Shown one piece after another: positions 25,033-36,324 of a stretch of 64,000 nucleotides of DNA (its first letter is position 1; each line of letters starts with the position of its first letter). Under the pieces are notes generated by a model, which saw only the letters and a program-made list of their open reading frames with translations, was not told where the DNA came from and made no database searches. The DNA comes from Kudoa neothunni (taxonomy: Eukaryota > Animalia > Cnidaria). The stretch is from positions 9,656,240 to 9,720,239 of the forward strand of contig OZ199840.1 of the NCBI GenBank assembly GCA_964304625.1, written 5' to 3'. Made by a program: the position numbers and the translations under genes.

Positions 25033-25822
25033 ATGCTAACAAAGATAATTTCACATGTTTATAATATTGATGGATTAAAGAATGTAGATGGTAGGTGTAA
25101 TTTACGTTCATCGACCCATATCCCTTTCGCCACACGTCAAACATGTGGCCTAATATATTTAAAATCTTGTGGAAACTTTTGTTCGAAATCGATTGATAAT
25201 AATGATAATAATAATAACAATAACAATAATAAAGGACCAATTTTATTTATCGATTGTAATCTAACATTTCCACTGGAATCGTTCAATAAATTCTTTTTAT
25301 CAAAAAATCACTAAGAAAAATTTTATTGTATATTTCATTGAATGTCGGACTAAAATAATCTTTAAACACAATTTATGTTGGTCAGAGTGAAGATCTGCTG
25401 GAGAAGTTGGTAATTTTCAGACCTTGTTGTTTAGAAGAGCTGAAAAACTTTCTTATGGATTCAATTATCGATCGCATTGCAATCACTCAACCACACCCTT
25501 ACAGCTGTATCCTGATCAATCTATCTGCTCATATTGCGAGATATTTGTCCACCAAACTTAGAATTGACCACGATAATTTTTTATCGTTAAGTAGTTATGA
25601 TTAGGTTCATCGATAAATGATAAAACCCCTTTTTTAGATCACCTCTTCAATCATATTGCTTCTAAACATAATTCATCCGTTTTATGCTTTTTAGATTCGA
25701 CCGAGCCTTTCGTTGAAAATTCTTCAAATTCCTCTAGGCTGATACTAACCAATTTTAATATTGTTATCAAAGTTGTTGATAATGACAACGGCGACAAGAT
25801 TGCTAATATTGTATACCAATAA
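25033..25822 (+). CDS. Divergent RecA/RAD51-paralog-like protein (XRCC2/SWSAP1-like); multi-exon, start uncertain
   Basis: GPILFIDCNLTF resembles the paralog motif V.FID....F; LLEKLVIFRPCCLEEL; a hydrophobic Walker-B-like strand CILINLSA; NHIASKHNSSV. Exons join at canonical GT-AG sites if one A is removed from the A6 run near 25303. Confidence 0.45.
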
Positions 25823-26033
25823 TTATGTTTATAATATAACTTGTTTTCTTATTTTTTGGAATTCCTTAATTAATTAATTGTGTAAATTTTTTGCTTAATT
25901 GAGATATTTCAGTCAGGTGGGTGTAGACTTGGGGAAATAGATGAGATGTGCGTAAATATAGATAAATAGTAAGAGTTGTCGTAAGTTGTCGAAGAATATT
26001 TGATAGTGTAGTCATTAATTGTTAGGTGGGATA

Positions 26034-26807
26034 ATGAGACTTCAAATATACGCCCATACATTTATTAGAGGAGATTTGATTATATGTCTCACATTTAACT
26101 ATATGATTTCTATATTTGGGCTGATAAATAGTTATATCTTCTATTTTTAGTTTATTTTTCTATTATTTTATAACAGATAGTCAAAAAGGTTATTTTTCAA
26201 AGTCAATCGAATCGATATCTAAGAATTTTGCTAGTTTCTCTGCTCGAATCTGTAAAGCTAATCCAATTAGTGTAATTTTTGGCGGATATCTATGTGATTT
26301 TCTCCATTATTGATTATAGTGCCCCGTTCTAACTTCTCTTCAAAAAACTTTTAATGAAACTCTTAGACATAAAAAAATATGCAACGATGGAAAATTGTGC
26401 GAAGAGGAAATAGGTAATGGATTTTCTCCACTTACTCCTCATTATATTCACTTTTATGATCCAGTACTCCAAAATAACCCTTATTGCGACTTTTGTGTTG
26501 TAAATTCTATTTTTTGTCATTTTTATAATTGCTTAGACAATGGTCACGTTTATTTATCAAGAACAACAACGCTTGAGCTATCTCTTTGACCACATGGATT
26601 TCAAAGTACAGGTCTGTCTTAATTCACCAAATTTGGAGGAATATGTTACAGTGAGGATAGAAAAATATTGCCTTATTAATTCAATTTTAGTGTCATTACA
26701 TCCTTAACCTGTGTAGTGTGATTATTAAAAATATAAATTACATTCCAGGGCAACATGGTATACATCCAAGCGATCATTGTAAAAGACTTTACAACTGCTC
26801 GCACTGA
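26034..26807 (+). CDS. Secreted saposin-like protein, paralog 1
   Basis: Spliced model: hydrophobic N-terminus ..ARICKANPIS|CPVLTSLQKTF..ICNDGKLC..NNPYCDFC|TMV..VC..|CHYILNLC..HPSDHCKRLYNCSH*. SapB cysteine spacing CxxC..C..C..CxxxxxC. Confidence 0.7.
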
Positions 26808-27188
26808 TCAATCAAATGCGTGGTTACATAATTGTTCTCGGGAATTTATTTAGCTCTTATTTCATTTTCTAGAGTAGTTTATTTTAACTTTTTGTTTCTT
26901 AAATAAAAGATTGAAATAATCTGTTCTTTTTGTAATTAATTCAAATAATTCTAAAACAACTCGTAATCATTCTATTTAACATATTTACAACTTCAATAAT
27001 TGATATTTTTATTCCACATTAAGCTATATAAAAAACGCCACGAAATAGAGAATATCGCAATGATTAAAATAATATAATGGAATTTATCAAATTAATACAT
27101 TATTAAATGCGCAATTATTTTGAAAATTTTTTATTTTATATAAATATTAATTTAGTGTTAGAAGACAATATATTCCAAAAAAACTGAA

Positions 27189-27220
<32 letters not shown>

Positions 27221-27747
27221 GTTTAATTAAACTTACTATAGTTAAGTATATATACATTTTTTGAATAAAATAATTTATATATTGATAGTATTAATGGTTT
27301 TATTGTTTATTTGACGACTTTAAAAAATCCGATATTTTATGATAAGACGCATTAATAAGAAAGAAAACTAGTTTATACAGATTATAATTATTTTTGTGAT
27401 ATTATTTAAAAACAAATCCAATATTTGTTGATTATTTTTTCTAATCTATATTGATTTACCAATAATTTTTAATATTTGCCATGGTAACTACAAGTATAAT
27501 TTTTCTAATGGATTTTTTTTAAATATAATCTCTTATTATTTCAATCCTAATGTATTATGGATATATGTTTTATATTATTATCATACGACAAATGAATTTA
27601 TTCATTAATTCTCCATCCAAAATATTAACTTAATTGCGGAATAATATTTCTATAAGTAATATTTTCGAACTTTAATAATGTTAATTGAATAAATATACAA
27701 ATACCTATAAAAATTGACAAAGAAATAAGAGTAACTCAGGCGAAGTA

Positions 27748-28503
27748 ATGATATTACGAAAATACACTTTTTTGTTGGGATGTACTTTACAGTGATATTT
27801 CATTTATATAAATAAATTTAGTTCTTCTAGCTGTAAGATCTTTGAAAGTTTATTTTTTATTCTTTTAGTCTTGTGTACAATCAATTAATGGTATCTATTT
27901 GGGATTTGCTGAGAGAATATTTGAAGACTTGGATACCTTTTCCAATGACGTCTGCAAATCTCTACCTCTAAGTGTATAGATCCTTGATCATAAATGAATA
28001 ATAATTTAGATTCAGTGCCCAATCATGATTTCTCTAAAGGAAACGTTCAATAAAACTAGATTTAATTACAAACAAATTCGCTCTGGCTACCAAGGTACTG
28101 AACTCATATTTTTAAAATTATAATACGTTGATTAGCACCAGAACCTGAAGAAAACCCTTATTGCATCTTTTGCAAGGTATAACAACAATATTTTCTTTCA
28201 TCAATTATTTTCCTAGGAACTGTTGGAATTTCTCAATAGTGAGAAAATCCGCCTTTCTCTACTTTTTAGTGACAATGATTTTAAAACTGCCGCTTGTAGT
28301 TCGGCACCCTCTCTAGATGTTCGTTACTACGTAATTATTCATTGATTTGTTAAAATATGAGGATTTTATAGTGTATCTACCTGTTAGAGTTATGTGGGTT
28401 GATCGTCAAAAGCATTGTGGTTAACGCTGGAGAACATGGAGTAAATCCACAGGACCATTGCACCCGGACATTTTTTTGCATTCACAATCATATGATACTC
28501 TAG
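27748..28503 (+). CDS. Secreted saposin-like protein, paralog 2
   Basis: MILRKYTFLLGF|LLA|SCVQS..DVCKSLPLS|CPIMISLKETF..|APEPEENPYCIFCK|ELL..AAC..|CIYLLELC..NPQDHCTRTFFCIH..*. Signal peptide, colinear with paralog 1, similar intron positions. Confidence 0.75.
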
Positions 28504-29995
28504 ATTCGGATAAATTTAAAACCCTTATGATTTATGATTGATTTCAACTTTGATAAAGGTGTTGGATTTTTTTTAATTTATCAACTAAAACCGATCTTGA
28601 ACAAATTTTCACTAAAAGAGCTTTATTACAATATTTTTTTAGGTCATTAAATGCAGTTACTAAAGTCATTAAGAATAAAATAACATTTTAGAACAAAATC
28701 TATGTATCTCTTGTGTACGTCAGTCTTAAACATGAATTTGGAGGGTTTAACAAGCCTTCGTTAAATTATTCGAGTCTAATAAAATATATTCATAAACCAA
28801 AATTATACCACAAAATAAACACTGTGTTAAAATCATTATCTATAACAAAGCATATATTAAATTATAAATATTAAAATCTATAATTTTCATCAACCACCTA
28901 ATTTGTTTAAATTTGAAGATAGATATTACAAAATAAATCCTATATTTTTAAATTCATTCGTCATTTATTATAAGCTAATGCAAACCTCCAAGTTTCGCAT
29001 GAATTTAAGCATATTCTGCTTCAAAAAATGTTTGAAAAACAATGTTTTAATCCATATATAATATATATATATATATTAAACCAACGATTTATTCAATTTT
29101 CACTCAGAAAAAATGGAATGAGTGAAATTAAAATTATTTTGTGGAAATTAAAAAAATAATTGCATATATATGGCATTATGAAAACTTGTGGTACATAATT
29201 AATTTCATTCGGAATAATTTAACTTGAAATGAAATAAAAATTAAAACGTGCAGTCCAATAAGCACAAATATGCACACATAAGATTATAATATATAAATCT
29301 ATAATATAATATAATTAAATTAATAAATAATTTTATTTTAATAAGGATAACTTTAAATCAAAATGACCGTCAGTTTGAAGAAAACGATTGTTAAATTCTC
29401 TAAAATCGCCATTTTCAAATCGTTCAATAACTTTTTAAATTTTATTAATGAATAAGATCATTTTTTTAATTATTTTAAACTTTAAAAAATTTCATAAATG
29501 TGTTTATATCAAGAATGAGTAATCGCGCATGGGCATTTGATAGAAAACACACTAACAGACAGGCGAAGAATGTTATGTATATGTGCATTAAATTACATAA
29601 ATTCAGTGTAATGCTCAAAGTATAATATTTCCTTAAATTACTCATAATAATAATTTTAGAGTAAATTTTTTAAAAACAGGGTGGACAAATTTTAATTAGT
29701 TCTTAATTTTATATATACAAAAAAGTGAGTTTTTGAAATTATAGCATTCATTTAAAAAGTTTAAAAGTAATGATTTTTTTTATGAGAAATAATTCATATG
29801 GAATTTATCGTTATAAGCCTTCCCAAAAATCTCCCCCAAGCGCGTGAAAATAAATTAACTTATCGATAATGTAAAGTAGAACAGTTTTTATACGCAACAA
29901 AAATTAACAATAGATAATTTTACAGTAAATATTGTAAAAAAATATAAAACTAATATATGGAAGTTGAATCGTAATACAAGATCGATATAGTGCGG

Positions 29996-32900
29996 TTAGA
30001 GGATAGCCTCTTCGTCATCACATTCGTGCACTGTTTCTGCGTATGATCGGTAATTGTAGGCCATAATTGCAAATATAAAACTAGTGAGTACCAATAACCC
30101 TCCGAAAGCGAAAAACTCAATCGCCTATAAAATTATCATTACACGACAAATACAATTTAATAGCTGGTTGAAATGAATATGAAGTAATAAATGTAACTTG
30201 GATATTAATAGTAAAATACCATGTTGTCTGTAATAACTATCTTGCTAAGGACAACCACCAAAAGATTCCCCAAGGAAACAGTAATAAGCCAAGCTGCCAT
30301 AACACATGATTTCATGGAGTCAGGTGCTTCCTTGTAAGCAAAATCAAGACCAGTGATTGAGAACATTATTTCAGCACAAGTAATTATAATATATTGTGGT
30401 ATCTGCCAAAGTATATTAATAGGTCTTGGTTCAACGTCGTTAAAAAGAAAGTATTGGGTGGGCTAGAGTTGAAAATATTTCAACAATCAAAAATTATCAA
30501 TTTCATTACAGAGTTTTTCTCGTCATAAGAAATGATAATGGTATAAACTCCTCCATCGGATAGTTTTAGTTGGGCATCCTATAAAAGGTTTAAAAAATGA
30601 ATGAAATATTTATTCAATAACCAAAACTTTGCCATTCACTTCCAACACTTCACTGAATATAAATTTTTATCCATTATAGAATAAAATAAAGATTAAGTTA
30701 CATCCCGGGCCGAAATTTAAAGTATTTGTCTTCGTAATTCCTTGGATCCAAAGTAACATTTATTTTACCGATCTTTATTGATTGCAGGGAATAGAGAAGT
30801 CGATGGCTGACGTTATTTTTACCATCATTCATTTCGGATGAATAATTGCTGATAAAGATCCTAACTTTTGAGAACCCATTAGCCCCGGTAATATCATCTT
30901 TGCTCTAGTATGGAGAATTTTATCAGCATAAAGCAGATGTTGATTTACCACATGCAACAAGCAGTGTGTGCTGTTGCTATTGACAGTTATTGTATAGCAA
31001 GAGTTTTCTATGAGAGATTCGATTTTCAAAGGATTAAATGAGATCACATCTTTTGAATCAACGTTATGTGAAGAAATATTATGAAGATCTTTTATTGGGA
31101 ATAGAGATAGGGCCTTGTTGTGATAGACGCTTATAGGGTGGAAATCTGTCGCCTATATTCATTGATTACATTAAAATTATTGAGGTATCCAAACAACATT
31201 TGTTACCTCTCCAGGGTAGACAATAATTGAGTTTGGAAAATTTTTGGTGTAACTCATCACATAAATTGGTTTATCCACTAGATTCATTACACGAAAACTA
31301 GCACTCCCTGATGCTGGTTGTGTTGCAACAGTGGAAACATCCTAAGAAAAAATTTAAATTTTTCGACAAAATTATCTTTTATTCTTTAATTAACAGAATT
31401 GATGGCAGTTTGATGTTACCTCCATTTGCAGCTGTAGAATTCCCGCCACAAGGAAAGAAACAGCTGCTAACAACATTCCAATTGTCATTCTTCTAAGGGG
31501 CCTAAATCAAATTATTAATTAATTAATAAAAATAGAACCCCATTATATTTTATACTTCATGTTAATGTTTAATTTTCTAAGCAATGGATAAATTAACGCT
31601 TCAAACATCGGTATTAATAATAATACCAAAATAGGATTTAGGGCCTAACATATAATAAAACATTGTGATAAAGTTTACTTAAACCACTTGAATTTGATCA
31701 GGTTTTATGACTCCAATGTATGGCTAAAATTATGAATGAAAACTACATGTAAATTCACTCAACTCTATACCACATATCCATTCATTTCCATGGCTTGAAT
31801 AGTCCACCTACTTCCCTACAACACAAATTTTCGTTAGATGTAATGATTACACAGTAAAAATGTATTACTTGTTGATCGAATAGCGCCCAGAATATGGGCA
31901 AAGGCAAAAATAGAAACAACACTCTGTACAATATTTTAACCTCAACAATAAGTTGATTATCCTTGTTGGTATTAAAATAAAAATTTTGAAACATAGGTTA
32001 TTTTTGCTAATAATACTGTGTAATATTTTTTAACCGAATCCAACCAATGACTATCAGTTGAGGGCTTGCCGAAATTTTGTAGTTTCTCTTTAAGCGCTAA
32101 CTATATATGTAAATATTTACTCGATAAATTTGGTAAATTAATTAAATCAACTTACCAACGTCATTTTTAATACAATCATTATTATATTGTTGTTAGGGAG
32201 AGCTTTTTTGTATAGCTTGGATCCGACAAGGAACAACACTACATCGCAATATATTAGCATCCAGTTCTACTAATTATAACGTACCGATTGAAATAATCAT
32301 GAGTAGAGAGGGCACACCAAACGCCAACAAATAGCAATCATCACCAAAGCATTGAACATCACCTTAACGACAAAAATTATCCAGTTGTTTTCCATTCTTA
32401 AGTTAACTTCGAAGAAGTGGAGTCACAATCATCGAGAATAAACTTCCCATATTGATAGCAAAGTAAAATATCGAAAAATAAATTTCAATTTTATGTTCCT
32501 AATATTGACAAAATTATTTTATTTTTAAAATGAAGATAAAAGAATTGAAACTACATCTTCAGGTTCAAATTGATCGGCCCCAAATGCCGATACACAGGGT
32601 TTTATACCTCCGGTACCAATAGCTATAAGACTGAGACCGATAATTGGGCCTCCACTAAAATCAAATCATCACTATATCTGACTATATACACATCGGAGTG
32701 GTTACAGCTGGAAAATATCAACAGCTTTTGGCGTTGACGTGACCGCAAGAATAACACTCCCAACCGCATAGACAATAGACAAATAGAGTATGGTTCTTGG
32801 TTAGATAAAGAGAAATGTAGGAAGAGTTTGTTAAGCATAAGAAATCGCTTACTTATATCTTCCAATGTAACTGTCGGATAGAATGGCACCACCAATAGGA

Positions 32901-33246
32901 CTCAAATATGCAACCATATTGAAAACATGATAAATCATCACTGCATGACTTTTTGTCATCAAAAATGCATTAGTGAGATATATCACAAGGATGGCTAGTA
33001 GGTAATATAAACAATTTGAAGATTTAACGCTTTGAGCTACCATGTATTCCGTAATAAGTAAACCGTTCGCATATTTCATTAGCTATTATAAGGTAAACCT
33101 GTTTTGGAAAGTATGTGGATTGATCCTTTGCTCGATTTAAGTATTAAAACAAGCACTATTTATAATACTCTTCTTGGTTTGGTATCAAGTGAATTAGTGG
33201 ATCCATTGAGATGATCTTTTTTATCTAATAACTCTGAATTTTCCAT
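29996..33246 (-). CDS. Proton-coupled oligopeptide transporter (SLC15A1/A2, PepT-like); more than a dozen short introns
   Basis: [11 protein letters not shown] (ExxERF motif), [81 protein letters not shown]. All junctions checked are GT-AG. Confidence 0.95.
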
Positions 33247-33834
33247 ATTTGACTAAATCTTCAGAGCAAACAAAGAAGATAATTTACAACCCAGCGATGT
33301 AGGCAGGTGTGAAAAGTTATTGTCGCATCAATGATAAAATCAATTGACGACTTTTCACCTTAATAATAAGGATCCTTAGCAAAGTAAATAAATAAGATAT
33401 TTCGATTTTCAGTGTTTATTTGTAAACCACGTTCTACGTTAATGACTATTGAGATTAGCATAATAACTCACAGTTAATATTCTAATAAAATTTTGTGACA
33501 AAAATATTAATTATATTTTAATAAGATATACCACATTTTTTATTTTGTCTTGTGATAAAAATTTATGGATATAATTTGATATAAACAATAAAATAATTTT
33601 AATATAAATTAGGATAATTTTATGGATAGATTTTTATTTATTCAAACTTGTATAATTATTGGGTAAATAATTTTGAAATTAAACGCTGAAGAAGGAATTT
33701 TCAAAATTCATCAAACAAATATTAGCTACTTAAATCGAAAAATTCATTTTTTTATGTTTAAGATGTTTGAACCGGTATATTAAACCCCAATGATTCGAGA
33801 AATGTACATCTTCAAACGATTTTTGGGGGGTAAT

Positions 33835-36286
33835 GGTGGAGCGTGTGACTCCATCATTTTTAGCGTTTTTTATGACTTTGTTCGTCGAAAGTTGTTCTAA
33901 AAAATCTTATATGCTCTTCTCATCCGGAGCATATCAAAAGTTTTTCGTCTAATCGCATATATGATGATGAAGTCAACAACATAATCCTCATGTCATACAC
34001 TGGTTTCTATATTTCACTATGAAGGAGTATGAACGTGATAATAATTCGTACACTTAAATGTTTATTTTATTTTTTCATGGTATTATAATGAAATCAAATT
34101 AACAATAAGTCATTATAAACGGTTGTTGTTTAGATATATAGAATTTTGAAACTTTCTCCATCCTCATAGCATTTTTTCATTTTAATTTTAGCCTAATTAA
34201 AGTTATATAAGTATTTTTAGTATTATGAATTTTTACTGTCAAAATGCTACACTATTAGATGCAATTATTAAGTTTGATTTGATAAATTGTCTCCTAACCT
34301 TGACTCTAAGAAGTAATTATTAACTGGAAAATGTATATACAATTAATTTAATAGTTTTTAAGAGTATTTAAAAATGAAAACAATCACCAGAAATGAATTT
34401 TCTGTGATGGATAATACTTCATGAAAAATAAACATAATTACACCATACGTTTGTACAATTTTTTTTTGTTTGATCAGTTGTTAACATCGAATTATTTATC
34501 ATTATCTAAATATAATATATTTCAATTTAGATTAATATCTTGTTTATATATCATCTTATAATTAATATGTTTTAAAATTAAATTTCATATTTTGACTACT
34601 AAAGTATAATAATTCAAGGCAGGCTCTATTTCTTGATAATTATTATTCGGATCAAAGCTTTTCAATCATTAAAGCTGAAAAATAATTTTTATAACTTCTA
34701 TAAGGTTTCTGATGAATTCTCACAAGAACATAATATTCATCTTCTCCTAAGGATGTCATTTTCATCATTCCGACTGCGAATGCACACGACACACTCATTA
34801 GATGATGCTTTTTGTATCAGCTATAAAACAAGAAGTTGGTTTTCATTATGTAAGAAATGTGTTTGTTGTCCCAATGGTTGAAAATCGCAGTCCACGGACG
34901 GATTTATACCCTCAAGAATGGTTGTAAATAACTTCACAATCATCCCTAGTTCAATCAAAATCTAGCACCGTATATCATTTATCACTTAAAAGTATTATTT
35001 TTTAAACGATTTTATCATGAATATAATTGATTGAGATTATATAAAACAAATATTAAACAAAAAAGGGTAAAATAAATATTTGTGGTATTACTCAACTTTC
35101 AAAGATCACTTGTTGTACAACATCCCAATTCCTTGTTTGCTATCACATTAGTCAATATAAATTGTTCAATAAAAAAGTTGTTGCCATTGCATTACTCCAA
35201 ATAAAGAGTAGAAAGACCACCATAATGCCTTGATGAAAAAATTAATCATACTTTGTATTAATATAGAAAATAAATTGATTTCTATTTTAAAAATTAATTT
35301 TAAATAACAACAAATTAAGAGCATTTAGTTTGAGTTTTGTTTGTTACAAAAAAGTATTAATATTCGACATCATTAGAATATAATAATTAAATTATTACTA
35401 TATTCATCAAAACATTTGTTTTAAAATTAAAAAAAAATAATGTATGAATTTAATTTCGAAGTTGAATCTAAATTTGAGTCAAAGAAACATTAGAATATTA
35501 TTGTAAGTTTTAGTTATTTTAATTAAACTCATAACTCAATATTTATCTACCTATGTTTGATGAAAAATAAATAATGTGAATAAAATTGAAATTTTATGAT
35601 AAAAAAATAATATATTCAACAAAGAATAAAAAATCGATGTTTAAAATTTATCAAACAAAAAAATTAATTTAAACTTTATGTATACCAGTCCATTTTTCAT
35701 TCATAATAATCCGTCAAAATTAATTTCATTAATAGAGATTATTCTCAGTTATTAACTTTTTTAGTAACTGTTATTTTAGTTAATTTCAGATTTCCCAATT
35801 AATAACCACACTTTAAACACAGTTTAGGAGATAATTTATCAAATCAAACTTAATAATTGCATCCAATAGTGTAGCATTTTGACAGTAAAAATTCATAATA
35901 CTAAAAATACTTATATAACTTTAATTAGGCTAAAATTAAAATGAAAAAATGCTATGAGGATGGAGAAAGTTTCAAAATTCTATATATCTAAACAACAACC
36001 GTTTATAATGACTTATTGTTAATTTGATTTCATTATAATACCATGAAAAAATAAAATAAACATTTAAGTGTACGAATTATTATCACGTTCATACTCCTTC
36101 ATAGTGAAATATAGAAACCAGTGTATGACATGAGGATTATGTTGTTGACTTCATCATCATATATGCGATTAGACGAAAAACTTTTGATATGCTCCGGATG
36201 AGAAGAGCATATAAGATTTTTTAGAACAACTTTCGACGAACAAAGTCATAAAAAACGCTAAAAATGATGGAGTCACACGCTCCACA
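33835..36286. mobile_element. Unclassified long-TIR non-autonomous element, intact copy B
   Basis: About 463-bp near-perfect inverted repeats (33835-34297 and 35824-36286) around about 1.5 kb of AT-rich non-coding core. Termini (T)GTGGAGCGTGTGAC, flanked by AT. Confidence 0.9.
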
Positions 36287-36324
36287 ATAGCCGTTTTTTT
36301 TATGTGGCCGAAATTTGAAGGATA

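Noticed and set aside
26713-26748. Apparent 36-nt GT-AG intron in saposin paralog 1, seemingly exonised in paralog 2
   Set aside because: It is open in frame and aligns at protein level with paralog 2 (LCSVIIKNINYIPGQHG versus LCGLIVKSIVVNAGEHG), so it is coding in both.
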